Of a stretch of DNA of 64,000 bases, positions 1-11,612 are shown piece after piece. The position numbers and the translations under genes were made by a program. The first letter of the stretch is position 1. The number at the start of each line of letters is the position of its first letter. The notes under the pieces were generated by a model. That model saw only the letters and a list, made by a program, of their open reading frames with translations, was not told the DNA's origin and ran no database searches. The stretch is from the human T2T-CHM13v2.0 reference genome, Homo sapiens. The DNA lies in assembly GCF_009914755.1 (NCBI RefSeq), contig NC_060928.1. One strand, written 5' to 3'.

Positions 1-1914
1 AGAAAGCAAAGGGAAAAGTCAACCAAGCAATCTCAGTTGCCAAGGAGACACAGTATTTTCTATTGAATGAAGAAAAAATATGTGAACTCCCTACTTTTGT
101 TGACTCACTACAAGTCGATACCAATGATCCTGAATAAATGGTTTGTCAAACAACAGGGCCTTGTTGTCGTTTGCATGGATGGGAACTTCACACAGTGTAA
201 AAAATCAATACTTACCGATTAATTTCTTTGAGAGTGTGGCCTTGCTAGTATTGCCTTTTATATTACTAAGTAGATTTACTTTCTATATTTCCTCCTTCCT
301 CATTGCTTAAGGGAACATTTGCAAGATTCATAGTAATGAGTCGATTCAGACTAGTACAATTCAAAATATGCAATTTGATTCATATTCTTCCAGGTTCTGA
401 ACAGCTACTAGTTTAGAAGCATGCTGAAAACTATGCTATAAATGAGCCTTTCCTATTTGATTGGCTTCACACAGTCTCCAAAGGCCGCTCTCCTTGCTAT
501 TCGTATATAAGAAGATAGACCTTTGGTTGTGTGGACAGCAGAAGTAAGCAAAAAGAACTCTTGCTCATTCTTGAGGTTCACAAGTTCTAATTATCACAAA
601 CAGAACATGAGCTGAGCCTGAGACAGCCTACAAAATCACTGTCTATTACTTCTTCAAATGTGGTGCAATATGAGGCCTCTGCTGAGGGAAATATAACCAC
701 ACCCTGATTGTATTTTTATCTGCTCATCTCATCAAGCTTTGATTTAGCAACAGATGATTAGGCAACCGTTGTTGGAGGATATTGCAAGCTTATAAAACCC
801 TGAGATTCTTGTTTAACGGAAGGGGATAAAAAAGACATCAGGAAGCATTACAAAAGATTTCTTTAATGTTTATCTGGCCTGTAAAATAGTGAGTACAAGT
901 AGGAGAATCAGTAAATAGTTATTTAATGACCGATGGCTCTGTGACTAGTATACTGTAGCAAGTCCATAGGAATGAATGCTCATGGAGAAAGGAGGTAAAA
1001 AGTGAAAGAGGGAAAATAATTTCAACAAAAGCAAGATCTGTGTTTTAGATGAATTAATATGAAAATTAATGTACATTTCCTTTAACAAAAACATTCATGT
1101 TCTTAAACGCTCAAGACTCCTAATTACTTTTATGAATATAAATGGCTAGACCTTTGTTACCCGATTGATTATTAGAATTGATTTCCCTGGATAGTCTGTT
1201 TCTTTTCTCATTGATTTAAATGCCCTTTGGAAGTTGAGCTCACAGATTAAAAAAAAAAAAATGTGTCCTTACCAGACGGAAAACAGTATTCTTGGATCCA
1301 GGGTCCTTAGCTCTTTGGATCATTTGGTCTCTTGAAACTCTTAAGGATGAAGGTAGGGACAATGCAGGAACATGGAAACTGAAAATTTTGGGTGTTGGGT
1401 TTGTCCAGTACTGCATCAACTTCATTTTACAGCTTTCTCTTTACCTTGTTTCATTTTCCCCCCCTCCATGGCTTTCCTAAAATTGTCAGTTTCCTGGAAG
1501 ACCCAGACACCAGATCTGTATTGCCTAGCTCTTACTGAATGTTTCAAAGAAATGTTTGGCTACTAATCCACAGTATTATTAAACTGCAACCAAAAGCAAG
1601 CCTAGAGTCTCCTGGTTTAGGTTTTGAGACTACTGTGAATGTGTAAGCTCAAGACAGGTATGTCCCTGCTTGGAAGTAGACAGGAAAATCTTTGCACTGC
1701 TGAATTAAGCTACAAAATCAGCAGTAATTACACACCTGCTTGTTTTTCTCTTACCTCCTGAAATTTCAAAATGTATTGATATTTTAGTGAATATATTATA
1801 AAATAAAATACACTTAATGTATTTTACATTGTCTAAAATCTTACAAGGAATGGCTGAGACATGAGTGACAGAATTGTGCTGATGCTGTAGGACTGACACT
1901 GGAAGGACAAAAAG

Positions 1915-2200
1915 AACTAGCATTTGTCTAGCACTTCTCTATTCCAGGCTCCGTGCTAGATGCTTTAAATATAGTATTGGGTTTTACATTTAGAACAACT
2001 CTTTTAAGTGTTAACATTATTATGAGGTTGAACCTCATGAAATTGCCATTTTTGTAGGTCGAAAATGTTGCATATTGGAAATTTCAAATGGTTCAACCTA
2101 ATTTCTTTTTTATGGGGAAAGAGAGAGAGAGAGATATATTAAGTAATTTCACCAAATCACAGTTTCAAACCCAGGTTTTATGACTCTCAAATCCTTTGTA
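1915..2200 (-). mobile_element. MIR SINE fragment interrupted by MADE2
   Basis: Degenerate MIR-like core ('attaagtaatttcaccaaatcac...ttcaaacccagg') on both sides of the MADE2; highly diverged, boundaries approximate. Confidence 0.5.
2021..2103. mobile_element. MADE2 mariner-derived MITE (about 80 bp, palindromic)
   Basis: Inverted termini 'aggttgaacctcatgaaatt' / 'aatttcaaatggttcaacct' about 80 bp apart; matches recalled MADE2 layout. Confidence 0.8.
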
Positions 2201-2239
2201 CTGGGCTACCTTCCAAAGAGGCTGTTGTTACTTCCCTGT

Positions 2240-2370
2240 TGATGCTGGAGAAGTCATTCAGTATGTCTGCACTATGATTTTCATACCCCCAAGTGATCTA
2301 TTAATACCCACCCACCTACTTGATAGGGTTGTAATTAGGATCACAGGAACTTCTATGTAAAGCTGTTTTG
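2240..2370 (+). mobile_element. MIR fragment
   Basis: 'aagtcattcag...cacctacttgatagggttgtaattaggatc...atgtaaagc' resembles MIR core and 3' part. Confidence 0.45.
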
Positions 2371-2994
2371 GGGAATGTGTCTTAGAAATGTAGTATACTT
2401 CTGTTTTTCAGTCCAGGAATGTGCCCAGAATATATAACATCAACTAAAATGGAAAACATCTAGCTTTTCTGGATATAAAATACGTCTTTATAGTTTCTTC
2501 CCTAACATCTCTTAAATTTCTTATAATTGGGAAAAATTATGTTTTACTGTAGAGAATGTCTCAGCTTAGGAATATGTTGCTTTTAGCATCTGAAAAGATT
2601 AAGACAGTATAAACACTACTCAGTGGATTTTTAGGGGGTGGTTAAGTGTGTTTGTTCAAAGAAAAGAGAAAGCCTTTATTGGAATCTTCAGGAAATTTAA
2701 ATACTAAATTTATGAAATCCACAACACTTAGTATAGTTTTTCTTACATATAATAAATACTCAACAAATAGTAAATAGAAAGCAAAGGAGCGAGAATGAGA
2801 AATTTAAAAAACACTCATACTATAAACTCTAAAAATAAATCCTAATAATGCCTTTTTAGTTCTGATTTTCTGAAGATTATCCTACTAATAGAAGAGTATA
2901 ATGATATTTAGAAACTATTAAAATGAATAAAGAAATTTGTTTTATTTGAGTGTGTGTAATAGGGTCTGAGCATATATTTCTTTTTTCTCTCTTA

Positions 2995-3250
2995 AGTGTG
3001 CCTAGAGCACATATGCACCGAGAACTCTACTAGATGCTAATGAAACAATGGTGACAAAACAGGCTGTCCCCGATCCAGCTCACAGCGTACTCTGGTACTC
3101 TCTGCCTGGTGAGTTGATTTCATGAAAATTTCTTTTGAGTGGTTTCTTTGAGCAGAGCTTAAAGAGGATGAAAGGAGGACAGTTGTCATGAGTAATAGGT
3201 GAGGAACATTTACAGGAACAGAAAATTGTCTGAAGACTTTAGGGACATGT
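2995..3250 (-). mobile_element. L2 3' fragment
   Basis: 'gagcacatatgcacc...ctagatgctaatgaaacaatggtgacaaaacagg' resembles antisense L2 3' end. Confidence 0.4.
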
Positions 3251-4019
3251 CAACACTTAGCTGAGAAAATCATGATGCTTGCATGCCTAACTCCTTCTAC
3301 CTGGAAATCGGATGTGAGCATGTTAGAGATTTCAGGAAGAGTATGGTGTTTAGGAACAGAGGCACTTGCCACACAGCAAACGTCAGCCAGCAGGAATAAG
3401 CACATAGTAGCTTCAGGTGTGATCACCAGCCATAGATTCTCTGTTCCCCACCCCACTAATACTGGGACTTTTTACACACCTATATTTGCCCATATTTTCA
3501 GCAGAATATCCTGTAGTATACGTAATAACTGGTAAGTTTAGCACAGGTGGTAAGTGATATTTACCTGTTAATCACCGAAATTTTTTAAGGAGGCTTCTCC
3601 TGGCATGAAAGAGTTGGTATTGTGTCCCGAATTGGTTGGTTCTTGGTCTCACTGACTTCAAAAATGAAGCCGCGGACCCTCGCGGTGAGTGTTAACAGCT
3701 CTTAAGGTGGCACGTCTGGAGTTTGTTCCTTCTGATGTTCGGATGTGTTCAGAGTTTCTTCCTTCTGGTGGGTTCGTGGCCTCGCTGGCTCAGGAGTGAA
3801 GCTGCAGACCTTCTCGGTGAGTGTTACAGCTCTTAAGGCAGCGCGTCTGGAGTTGTTCGTTCCTCCCTGGGGCTCGTGGTCTTGCTGGCTTCAGGAGTCA
3901 AGTTGCGAACCTTCAGGGTGAGTGTTACAGCTCATAAAAGCAGTGTGGACCCGAAGAGTAAGCAGTAGAAAGAGCGAAACAACAGAGCCTCCACAGCATG
4001 GAAGGACACCGGAGCGGGT

Positions 4020-4290
4020 TGCCACTGCTGTCTCAGGCAGCCTGCTTTTATTTTCTTATCTGGCCCCCACCCACATCCTGCTGATTGGTAGAGCCTAGTG
4101 GTCTGTTTTGACAGGGCGCTGATTGGTGCGTTTATAATCCCTGAGCTAGACACAAAGGTTCTCCACGTCCCCACCAGAGTAGCTAGATACAGAGTGTCCA
4201 TTGGTGCATTCACAAACCCTGAGCTAGACACAGGGTGCTGATTGATGTGTTTACAAACCTTGAGCTAGATACTGAGTGCCGATTGGTGTA
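4020..4290 (-). promoter_or_regulatory. LTR12C core promoter (NF-Y CCAAT boxes, GATA site, TATA-like AATAAAA), firing leftward
   Basis: Four intact ATTGG (about 4084, 4122, 4200, 4282), AGATAAG at 4055-4061 and AATAAAA at 4046-4052 on the minus strand, as in the known ERV9 LTR promoter. TSS inferred near 4025. Confidence 0.7.
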
Positions 4291-4694
4291 TTTACAATCC
4301 CCGGGCTAGACATAAAGGTTCTCCACGTCCCCACCAGACTCAGGAGCCCAGTTGGCTTCACCCAGTGGATCCCGCAGCGGGGCTGCAGATGGAGCTGCCT
4401 GCCAGTCCCGCGCCGTGCGCCCGCACTCCTCAGCCCTTGGGTGGTTGATGGGACTGGGCGCCGTGGAGCAGGGGATGGCGCTCCTCGAGGAGGCTCGGGC
4501 CGCACAGGAGCCCACTGAGGGAGTGGGAGGCTCAGGCATGGCGGGCTGCAGGTCCCGAGCCCTGCCCCACGGGAAGGCAGCTGAGGCCCGGCGAGAAATC
4601 GAGCGCAGCGCCGGTGGGCTGGCACTGCTGGGGGACCCAGTACACCCTCCACAGCCGCTGGCCCGGGTGCTAAGCCCCTCATTGCCCGGGTCCG

Positions 4695-4877
4695 GCAGGG
4701 CCGGCCGGCTGCTCCGAGTGCAGGGCCGGCCGGCTGCTCCGAGTGCAGGGCCGGCCGGCTGCTCCGAGTGCAGGGCCGGCCGGCTGCTCCGAGTGCAGGG
4801 CCGGCCGGCTGCTCCGAGTGCAGGGCCGGCCGGCTGCTCCGAGTGCAGGGCCGGCCGGCTGCTCCGAGTGCAGGGCC
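4695..4877. repeat. 25-bp GC-rich minisatellite, 7 perfect copies plus 8 nt
   Basis: Unit GCAGGGCCGGCCGGCTGCTCCGAGT starting at 4695, 4720, 4745, 4770, 4795, 4820 and 4845, then GCAGGGCC at 4870. Confidence 0.97.
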
Positions 4878-6264
4878 CGCCAAGCCCACGCCCACCCGGA
4901 ACTCCAGCTGGCCCGCAAGCGCCGGGCGCAGCCCCGGTTCCCGCTCGCGCCTCTCCCTCCACACCTCCCTGCAAGCTGAGGGAGCCGGCTCTGGCCTTGG
5001 CCAGCTCAGAAAGGGGCTCCCACAGTGCAGCGGTGGGCTGAAGGGGGCTCCTCAAGTGCCGCCAAAGTGGGAGCCCAGACAGAGGAGGCGCCCAGAGCGA
5101 GCGAGGGCTGTGAGGACTGCCTGCACGCTGTCACCTCTCAGTATCTTTATAAAAGGTGAGCAATTTTCTGCTCAGTGTATGAACTTCTACTCATTAAGAC
5201 AACAGCACAGTTGAATACTATATTAATAACGATGAATACAGAAGTGATTATTAGCAAGTTCTATATATCTAATTAGAAGGCTTTGGGCTATAACAAACTC
5301 TGGGAATACAAGCTCGAGTACATTACCCAATATTTGAGAGATGTCTCAGAACACATGAATGTGAGGATCTTGTGAAATTGACTGGACATTACATTATGTT
5401 GTGCAGTTAGAACCAGATAATCTATCAAGGTGAAAACCAGTGTCTGGGACATAGGCCAGTGTCTGGGACTTGGTCCAGGATATTCCTAGGCAATGGCAGG
5501 CAGCAAGTCAATGTTTTTCATATGCTATGTGTACATGCTCTGAATGGATTCAAGTCCTGATTTTGCCATTTTTAAAGATACCCACTAACAAAAGCTGGGT
5601 GAGACTCAGTATTTAAGTGAGACCTGAAGTCATGGTTATAGGGCTATAAAAGGCTGTACAGATCAGTAACAGTTTTTATTTATGTGCACATGTGTGCCTG
5701 CATACAAAACAAGGAATAACATAACATTGCATCATTTAAATGAAAAAATTAACTATCATACCCATGAAATATTTACCTCAGATGTAACTTCATGAGGGTT
5801 CACATCCTTCAAAACAGCATTTGAAACAATTTATAATTGAGTTTTACAAAGTATGAGACTAGATTCATTTAGCCTGATTTCTCTAGGTAGATATTGGTAG
5901 TAAAGCATTGCACAAAAGTGACTACTTCAGTGGAGGATATCCCACAGAAGGAAGGATTTTAATAGGAACTCACTGGGTGTGGGAAGCCAGTGACAGAAGT
6001 TAGTGGAAGCAGCGTGGATTTTGGGGGTGCTGGTTTGCTTATAGGACACTCTCAACGTCACACTCTTTTTCCCCTCCACATGGTTCTATTCATATCTTTC
6101 ACAACAAAAGTCTTCATACAGCAATCCAGAAGGCAGAATGAAACATTTTTGCCCTCCAAACTTGAGCTTGTTCAGATTCTGTTTCTGCCCTCTTTTGGGG
6201 TGTAACTTGGACCAGTATGAATGGGTGGGGTTGGTAAGTGTATGTAACTGTAGAGATACCAGCT

Positions 6265-6457
6265 TAGGGTTGCCCATTTTAGCAAATAAAAATACAGGAC
6301 ACTCATTCCAATTTGAATGTTGGAAAAACTGTGAATACTTTCTTTAGCATAATTATGTCCCAAATATTGCATGAGACATATTCATACTAAAATATATTTC
6401 TTGTTCATATGCATTTCAAGTTTAACTGGGCCTTCTGTACTTTATCTGGCAACCCTT
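6265..6457. mobile_element. MER53 palindromic hAT-type MITE
   Basis: TIRs 'agggttgcc' / 'ggcaaccct', about 193 bp, central palindrome 'tatgtccca aatattgca tgagacata'. Confidence 0.85.
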
Positions 6458-6459
6458 AC

Positions 6460-9400
6460 TTAGTTAGAACTTTGGTGAAGGAAGCCACCATTCAAAGGTT
6501 GACAGAGTTTTGTTGATGATGTTTTGCACAGTGATGTTTGATTGGCCCTCTTTAGATAGTCCATATAGCCATGGGAAATCAGAATTTGATAAACTGATAA
6601 TCTTTTGTAATACAGTTTGGCCCCAATATTCCTTGGAATCTGGGGAAATTTGGCCTCTCCATGGGTCATGCTGTTGAATGAGAAAGCAGGATAGAGTTCT
6701 GTCTATCCAGGCTTTTAGGCTGCTGTTCTAAGTAGGATCAGGCTGGTTAATATGTGATGTTGTTCTGTGTTGCTGTTTGACCCCTGTGTTCTTTGGAGTC
6801 TGTGAAGGTTTGCCCTTTAAAAATCAAACTACCACGGAAACTGCTTTACCCAAAATTTTAGTTTACAGCATTTGTTGGATTACTTATTGGGGTAAACAAA
6901 GTTTAGCCATGTGTACATGTTTGTAAACTGTTGAGTTTGTATTGCTATCTCATGGCTAGTGTTCTGAAATAAAAGCTATTAGATTATTATGTGTGTATAT
7001 GCATTAGATATGTTTATGTATATGCATATTTATTATGTTATATATCATATCTACCAAATTGACTTATAAATAAAACAGCACTCATAAATTAAGTAAATAA
7101 GCTCAAAAAAGTTTTCAAGTTCATGTGACTTAAGCAAATTTTTAACAAACAAGCTATCTTTAAAATTATTGGTAAGATAAAAATAGAAGTGTCTTCAGAT
7201 ATGTTAGAATACACTTTTGTCTGTGTTTTATATTTGTCTGTGCTGGATATTTTGAGGTGTCATGGTTTGGCACAGAAGGTTATGAAACTATAAACTCAGC
7301 CAAAACAAAATGATCGTTGTGTGCCTTGACAAATGAGACTAATTTGATGTTGTTAGTTTAATAAAAACAGCTGAATCTTCTGAATTATTAACAAAAATAC
7401 CTATGTATTTAACTGTAAGTTTCTTAAGTTAGGTGAGCACCTTATAGTGACAGGCTGTAAAAAATGGTTGACAAGGAAATAATTTGAAATAATGACTAGC
7501 TTTAATATCTCAGTTTTCAGAAGTAATAAAACTGTTAAAAATGAAAGAATTGAGTATATGCAAATGGGATAAATGTTGTAGGTGAACTTTTTGTGTAACA
7601 TAAAATCTTAAAATTGTTTTTGATGTTCATTGGATGTCTGAGTTATTTACTATTAAGAAAGGGCTATGATATAGGGAAATATGTTTCTAAAAATTGTGGA
7701 ATGGTCTCATCTATAAAATGCTAATATTTGACAGTTCAGGGTTTCTGGTTTCCATTTTCACTAAAATTTAAGGTGACTAAGAGTAAGAATTGTAGTTAAT
7801 GTACAATTCTGTACATAAAATGTGCCAAAGAGGATGTGTCCTTCCTGAGAAAAAGAATAATTCTGTCTAATTCAGAAGTTATCTAAAGGTTAATTCAAGT
7901 TATAGACTCGAAAAGGTTATGTATGCAACAAGGTAGAAAGGAACAGTAAATAGGGGAGAGAGATGTGAAGAAAGTTATAGGTATGTACATGTATTTTTGG
8001 TAAAAAAAAAAAGTTATAAATAAAAGGGAATAAGAGAATAATTTTGTATGAGAAAGGATCTTGTATGGTAAATTTTTATCCTGAAGTAAAATGACTTTTT
8101 TTTGTTTTTTTTTTTAGAAAAGTTAGGATGAAACAAATAAATCCAAGTAGTTCATATATGGTCTGTGTAAGTCATATGTAGTTTTTCCCCGTTTCTCTGT
8201 GTGTCTATCTTCACACATATACAGAGAAAATAGAAAGTTGACAAAATTTAGATAGTAAAATATTCTTTAAAACCTAATAAAACAATTAGAGAAGTTTAGC
8301 TAATTAACACTGCTCATAAAGTTCTTATTCTTAATGAAAGTAAATTAAGAAATATTGTAAAGAAATACACTGGCAGTTTGGCAATTCTTTAACATAGTTA
8401 AGCATGAAGCCAGATTTAACATGGAGCCAAATTTTATATCATATTTGCATAGTATGATACAGATAGTATTAGGATAGTTTTGCTATAGATAGTATATGCA
8501 TAGTGCTGCATAGATAGTATTAGCACAAAACCACTTACTAGTCATGCGCCTAAAGTGAGTTTCTTAATGGCATAAAATGTATAGTGGTATTCATGGACAT
8601 TAATTTTTATACCAGGAGTGAGATATCCATTATGTTTCTTTTAGGTTCTAGGTAACACTGTATCCTCCAAGGTAAACTGAATAGGAGAAGAATTTGATGT
8701 TGTTTTACTGTTTGTTTTTGCTTTTAATTTTCATTTATTTACTGTTTGTTCTTATTTAGGTTTCACTTATTTATACATATATATGTATGTATACATTGAT
8801 TTTTTTTTCTAGTTTCTAATGGAAAGCTTGTATTTGGTTCTGTGAAAAGTCATTTTGTTTCCTATGCATTTACAACGGTCTGTCATTTGCTCTATTTGTC
8901 TAAAGTTTCTAAGCTACCTTTGTCAAGCCTCCAAAAATTAATAGAGCATATCAACCATTTTAAACTGGATTTGTTTTGCTTACCTCTGATGATCTTGAGA
9001 GCTACAAGAGCTTTAAGGTTACTGGCAAAACACAAAATTAAATTAAAGACTTATTTTTGTAAGTTCTGAACAGAAATAGTACATTGTTAATTTTGTTATT
9101 TGGAAAAGTAGGTGAGAGTATATATGTTTAAATATAGTGTTTATTTCCAAGGTAATTCAAGTCAATCAATAATTTGAGTTAGTTTCAGATCTTTTTCTTT
9201 AGGTAATGAAGAAAAACTGTGATATGGTTACAAAGTTTTAATGGTCAGAAAAGACTGGCCTTATCCTTAGAGAAATCAGGATTTCTCTCAAATTAGTTTT
9301 ATTTACCATTATTAAAATTAAGTGACATTCACTAAATTTAAGTAGTAATTTTAGAAAGCAAGACTTTCCAGTGATTTTTGATCCTAAGCCTTTTATCACT

Positions 9401-10712
9401 GTTAGGCCTTCGTGTATGTACTTGAAAATAAAATAGGTACAAGGTTGCACTGGTTTGAAGATTCTAGTGATAAAAGTTACCTAATCAGTTGTCAGTACTG
9501 TATCTAGAAATCCATGTTGGAAATTTGTGATGATGCACTTGTAATTCACTGAAATTATTGTGTGCTTGTTCTTACTTTATCCCTGTTTTGTTGTATAATA
9601 CTTAAATGAAAGGAGACTATTTATCTTCATACTGAATTTCCAGAACTGATATTTGTATTTACCATTTTTTAAATAATGTAATTGTCTTACTATGATCAGT
9701 TTGGCATAGGACCTCTCACATTTTTTATGCTTTTGGTCACAGTTCTGTCACTAAATGCTAGCAATTAGACATGTGAAAGGAGTAACCTGATGACTTTAAT
9801 ACAATGGTTTGAAGTGCTGACTAGACAGCAAATCAGTGTTTTAATTTGTGACATGTTAGAGAAAATGATAGGACTTTCTGAAGTATAAATTTCCTATTAA
9901 CTAATTGTTGTGCTGTTAAGTGACAGGGCTTTTACTCCTGGGTCTGGAAAAGGTACTGACTCCTGTAAATTTTGAGCATTGATACCAGTCAAAGCCTCGT
10001 CTTCAGACCTAGGAGAAGGCGACAATCAAAATGAACTGCTTTCATGAGACACAGGCCAGAAATTAAAACTATTCAATCCCTCTAGGCCCAGGGAATATCA
10101 CAAAAGAGGTGGGCAAGTGAGATTATAAGGGCCGGTTCTGAGTGATAGAGTTAGTTCAGAGTTTTTCTGTAAATTAAACATTAATATCAAAAGCACAGTG
10201 ATACGAGGCCAGTGTCTGGGCCTCTGTGTTGGAATAACAGGATTTTCTTGAAGCATTGGTCTACTCTTTAATAGAAGATTGTAAAGGTTATAAAAGGTTT
10301 ATGGAAATCTTACCTTATGGTCAAACTAATTGGAATTAAATAGATTTGTTTATAAGAATTGGAGTTAAATAGATTTGTTTATATTGTTAAAATTAGCTTT
10401 CACATTAATAATAAACCATAAAAGGGTAAAATTCGGTTATCTCATTTGAACAAATTTTTTGTGTACTATTAATAAGAGATGGTCCTGTGTGATTTCTCTT
10501 TGGTGGAGGTGGGGAACTAGAGAGAGAAAGATTGTATTTCAGAAGAAAACTATAGTATTATTAATAGATTAACCTTTGATTCCTGAGTGGCCACCAGGTC
10601 ACTGATGGCACAGAGCTACCCACAACACTTCTCCTAAGCATAAGCAGCCAGAAAGACCCATGATCAGATTCCTCATGAATGAGAAACTGACAAATGAGAA
10701 GGGACGGGGGAC
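6460..10712 (+). mobile_element. ERV1 (MER4-group, LOR1-int-like) non-coding internal region, 5'-truncated
   Basis: AT-rich MER4-group internal motifs; ends in a polypurine tract 'gagaagggacggggga' directly before the LTR; no long ORF. Confidence 0.7.
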
Positions 10713-11199
10713 TGAAACCAGCCCAATTGTCCCGTAGAACTGATGTTTATGGTTTCTTTCAATAAACATAGAAATTGATCCTTCCAGTCTTAAAACTTGA
10801 GAAAGTTACATTTATATGAGTTTCTTTCTCAGGAAGCCAACCATCAGGGCTCCTCAAGAAACTGAAACTCACCAGATTGCAGCATTTGGACAATGAGATG
10901 CCAAACCCCTCACCCATCATGACTGCCTAACCACCTGCTCCCTGTTGACAAACTCCTCTTCCTTGCCCCTCCCGAATTCCTGTCTTCCCACACATGGTTA
11001 CATTTCGTCCCTGCTACATTAACTCCGAACTTTAGTCAATTAGTGAGATAGATGGATTTAAGACTGATTTCCCATCTCCTCAGTTGCAGCACCCATCCAA
11101 TTAAAGTCTTCTTCCCTGACAATCCTGGTTGACTTAGTGATTGGTTTTCTGTGCAGTGAGCAACAGGACCTAAACCAAACCCCTGGAGTTTTGGTAACA
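10713..11199 (+). mobile_element. LOR1 3' LTR
   Basis: TGAAACCAGCCCAATTGTCCC...TTGGTAACA with TG/CA termini, ATTAAA near 11100 and an upstream PPT. Confidence 0.85.
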
Positions 11200-11312
11200 G
11201 AAGTGTGATATTAGAGTGTGAACTGCTAACTACTTGTGACTTTAGTCAGATTTTTTTAAATTCTAGGGACTTTGCTTTTTCCTTGAACAAGATAAGAAAT
11301 TTGGATTAAAGG

Positions 11313-11612
11313 TTCGGTTTGCAACCCTGAGTACACATTAAAATCAACTGGGAAATATCCAGAAAAATACAGTGCATCCCAGGATGACCATATTATTTAC
11401 CACCCAATGTCCTTAAAGAATAAAGGGGCAGCTAAAAATAATAAACAGCCACCAATTGTTCTATAACAGGTTTCACATAGAACTTTCCCCCAGGGAAACT
11501 GGAATGTATTTTCTCCCTATGAATTCCTAGAAATTATGACTTAATTGGTCTGGAATGGGCTTCAAAAATCTCATCAGGTGATTCCAAAGAGCAGTTCACT
11601 TTTGAATCACTG
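11313..11612. mobile_element. MER5-type hAT-Charlie element split by MER94
   Basis: 'cacattaaaatcaactggga' ... 'gacttaattggtctggaatggg...caggtgattcc...tttgaatcactg'. Confidence 0.55.
11380..11519. mobile_element. MER94-like hAT-Blackjack MITE
   Basis: Ends 'caggatgaccatat' / 'tctcccta' with internal 'taaaggggcagctaaaaataat'. Confidence 0.5.

Larger units (their letters stand above)
3621..5140 (-). mobile_element. LTR12C (ERV9) solo LTR
   Basis: Minus strand begins TGAGAGGTGACAGCGTG and ends CCAATTCGGGACACA; perfect 4-bp TSD GTAT at 3617-3620 and 5141-5144; U5-type repeats at 3660-3935; CCAAT repeat block at 4080-4340; CpG-rich U3. Confidence 0.95.

Noticed and set aside
4695-4877. CRISPR-like array
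   Set aside because: Repeats are head to tail with no spacers, inside a primate LTR, with no cas genes.
4251-5214. Long overlapping ORFs (229-249 aa) on both strands
   Set aside because: They arise from the stop-poor GC-rich LTR12C U3 and the 25-bp repeat; low-complexity translations with no recognisable domain.
6460-10712. Retroviral gag/pol/env genes
   Set aside because: No ORF above about 75 aa and no recognisable retroviral motifs; non-autonomous-type internal region.
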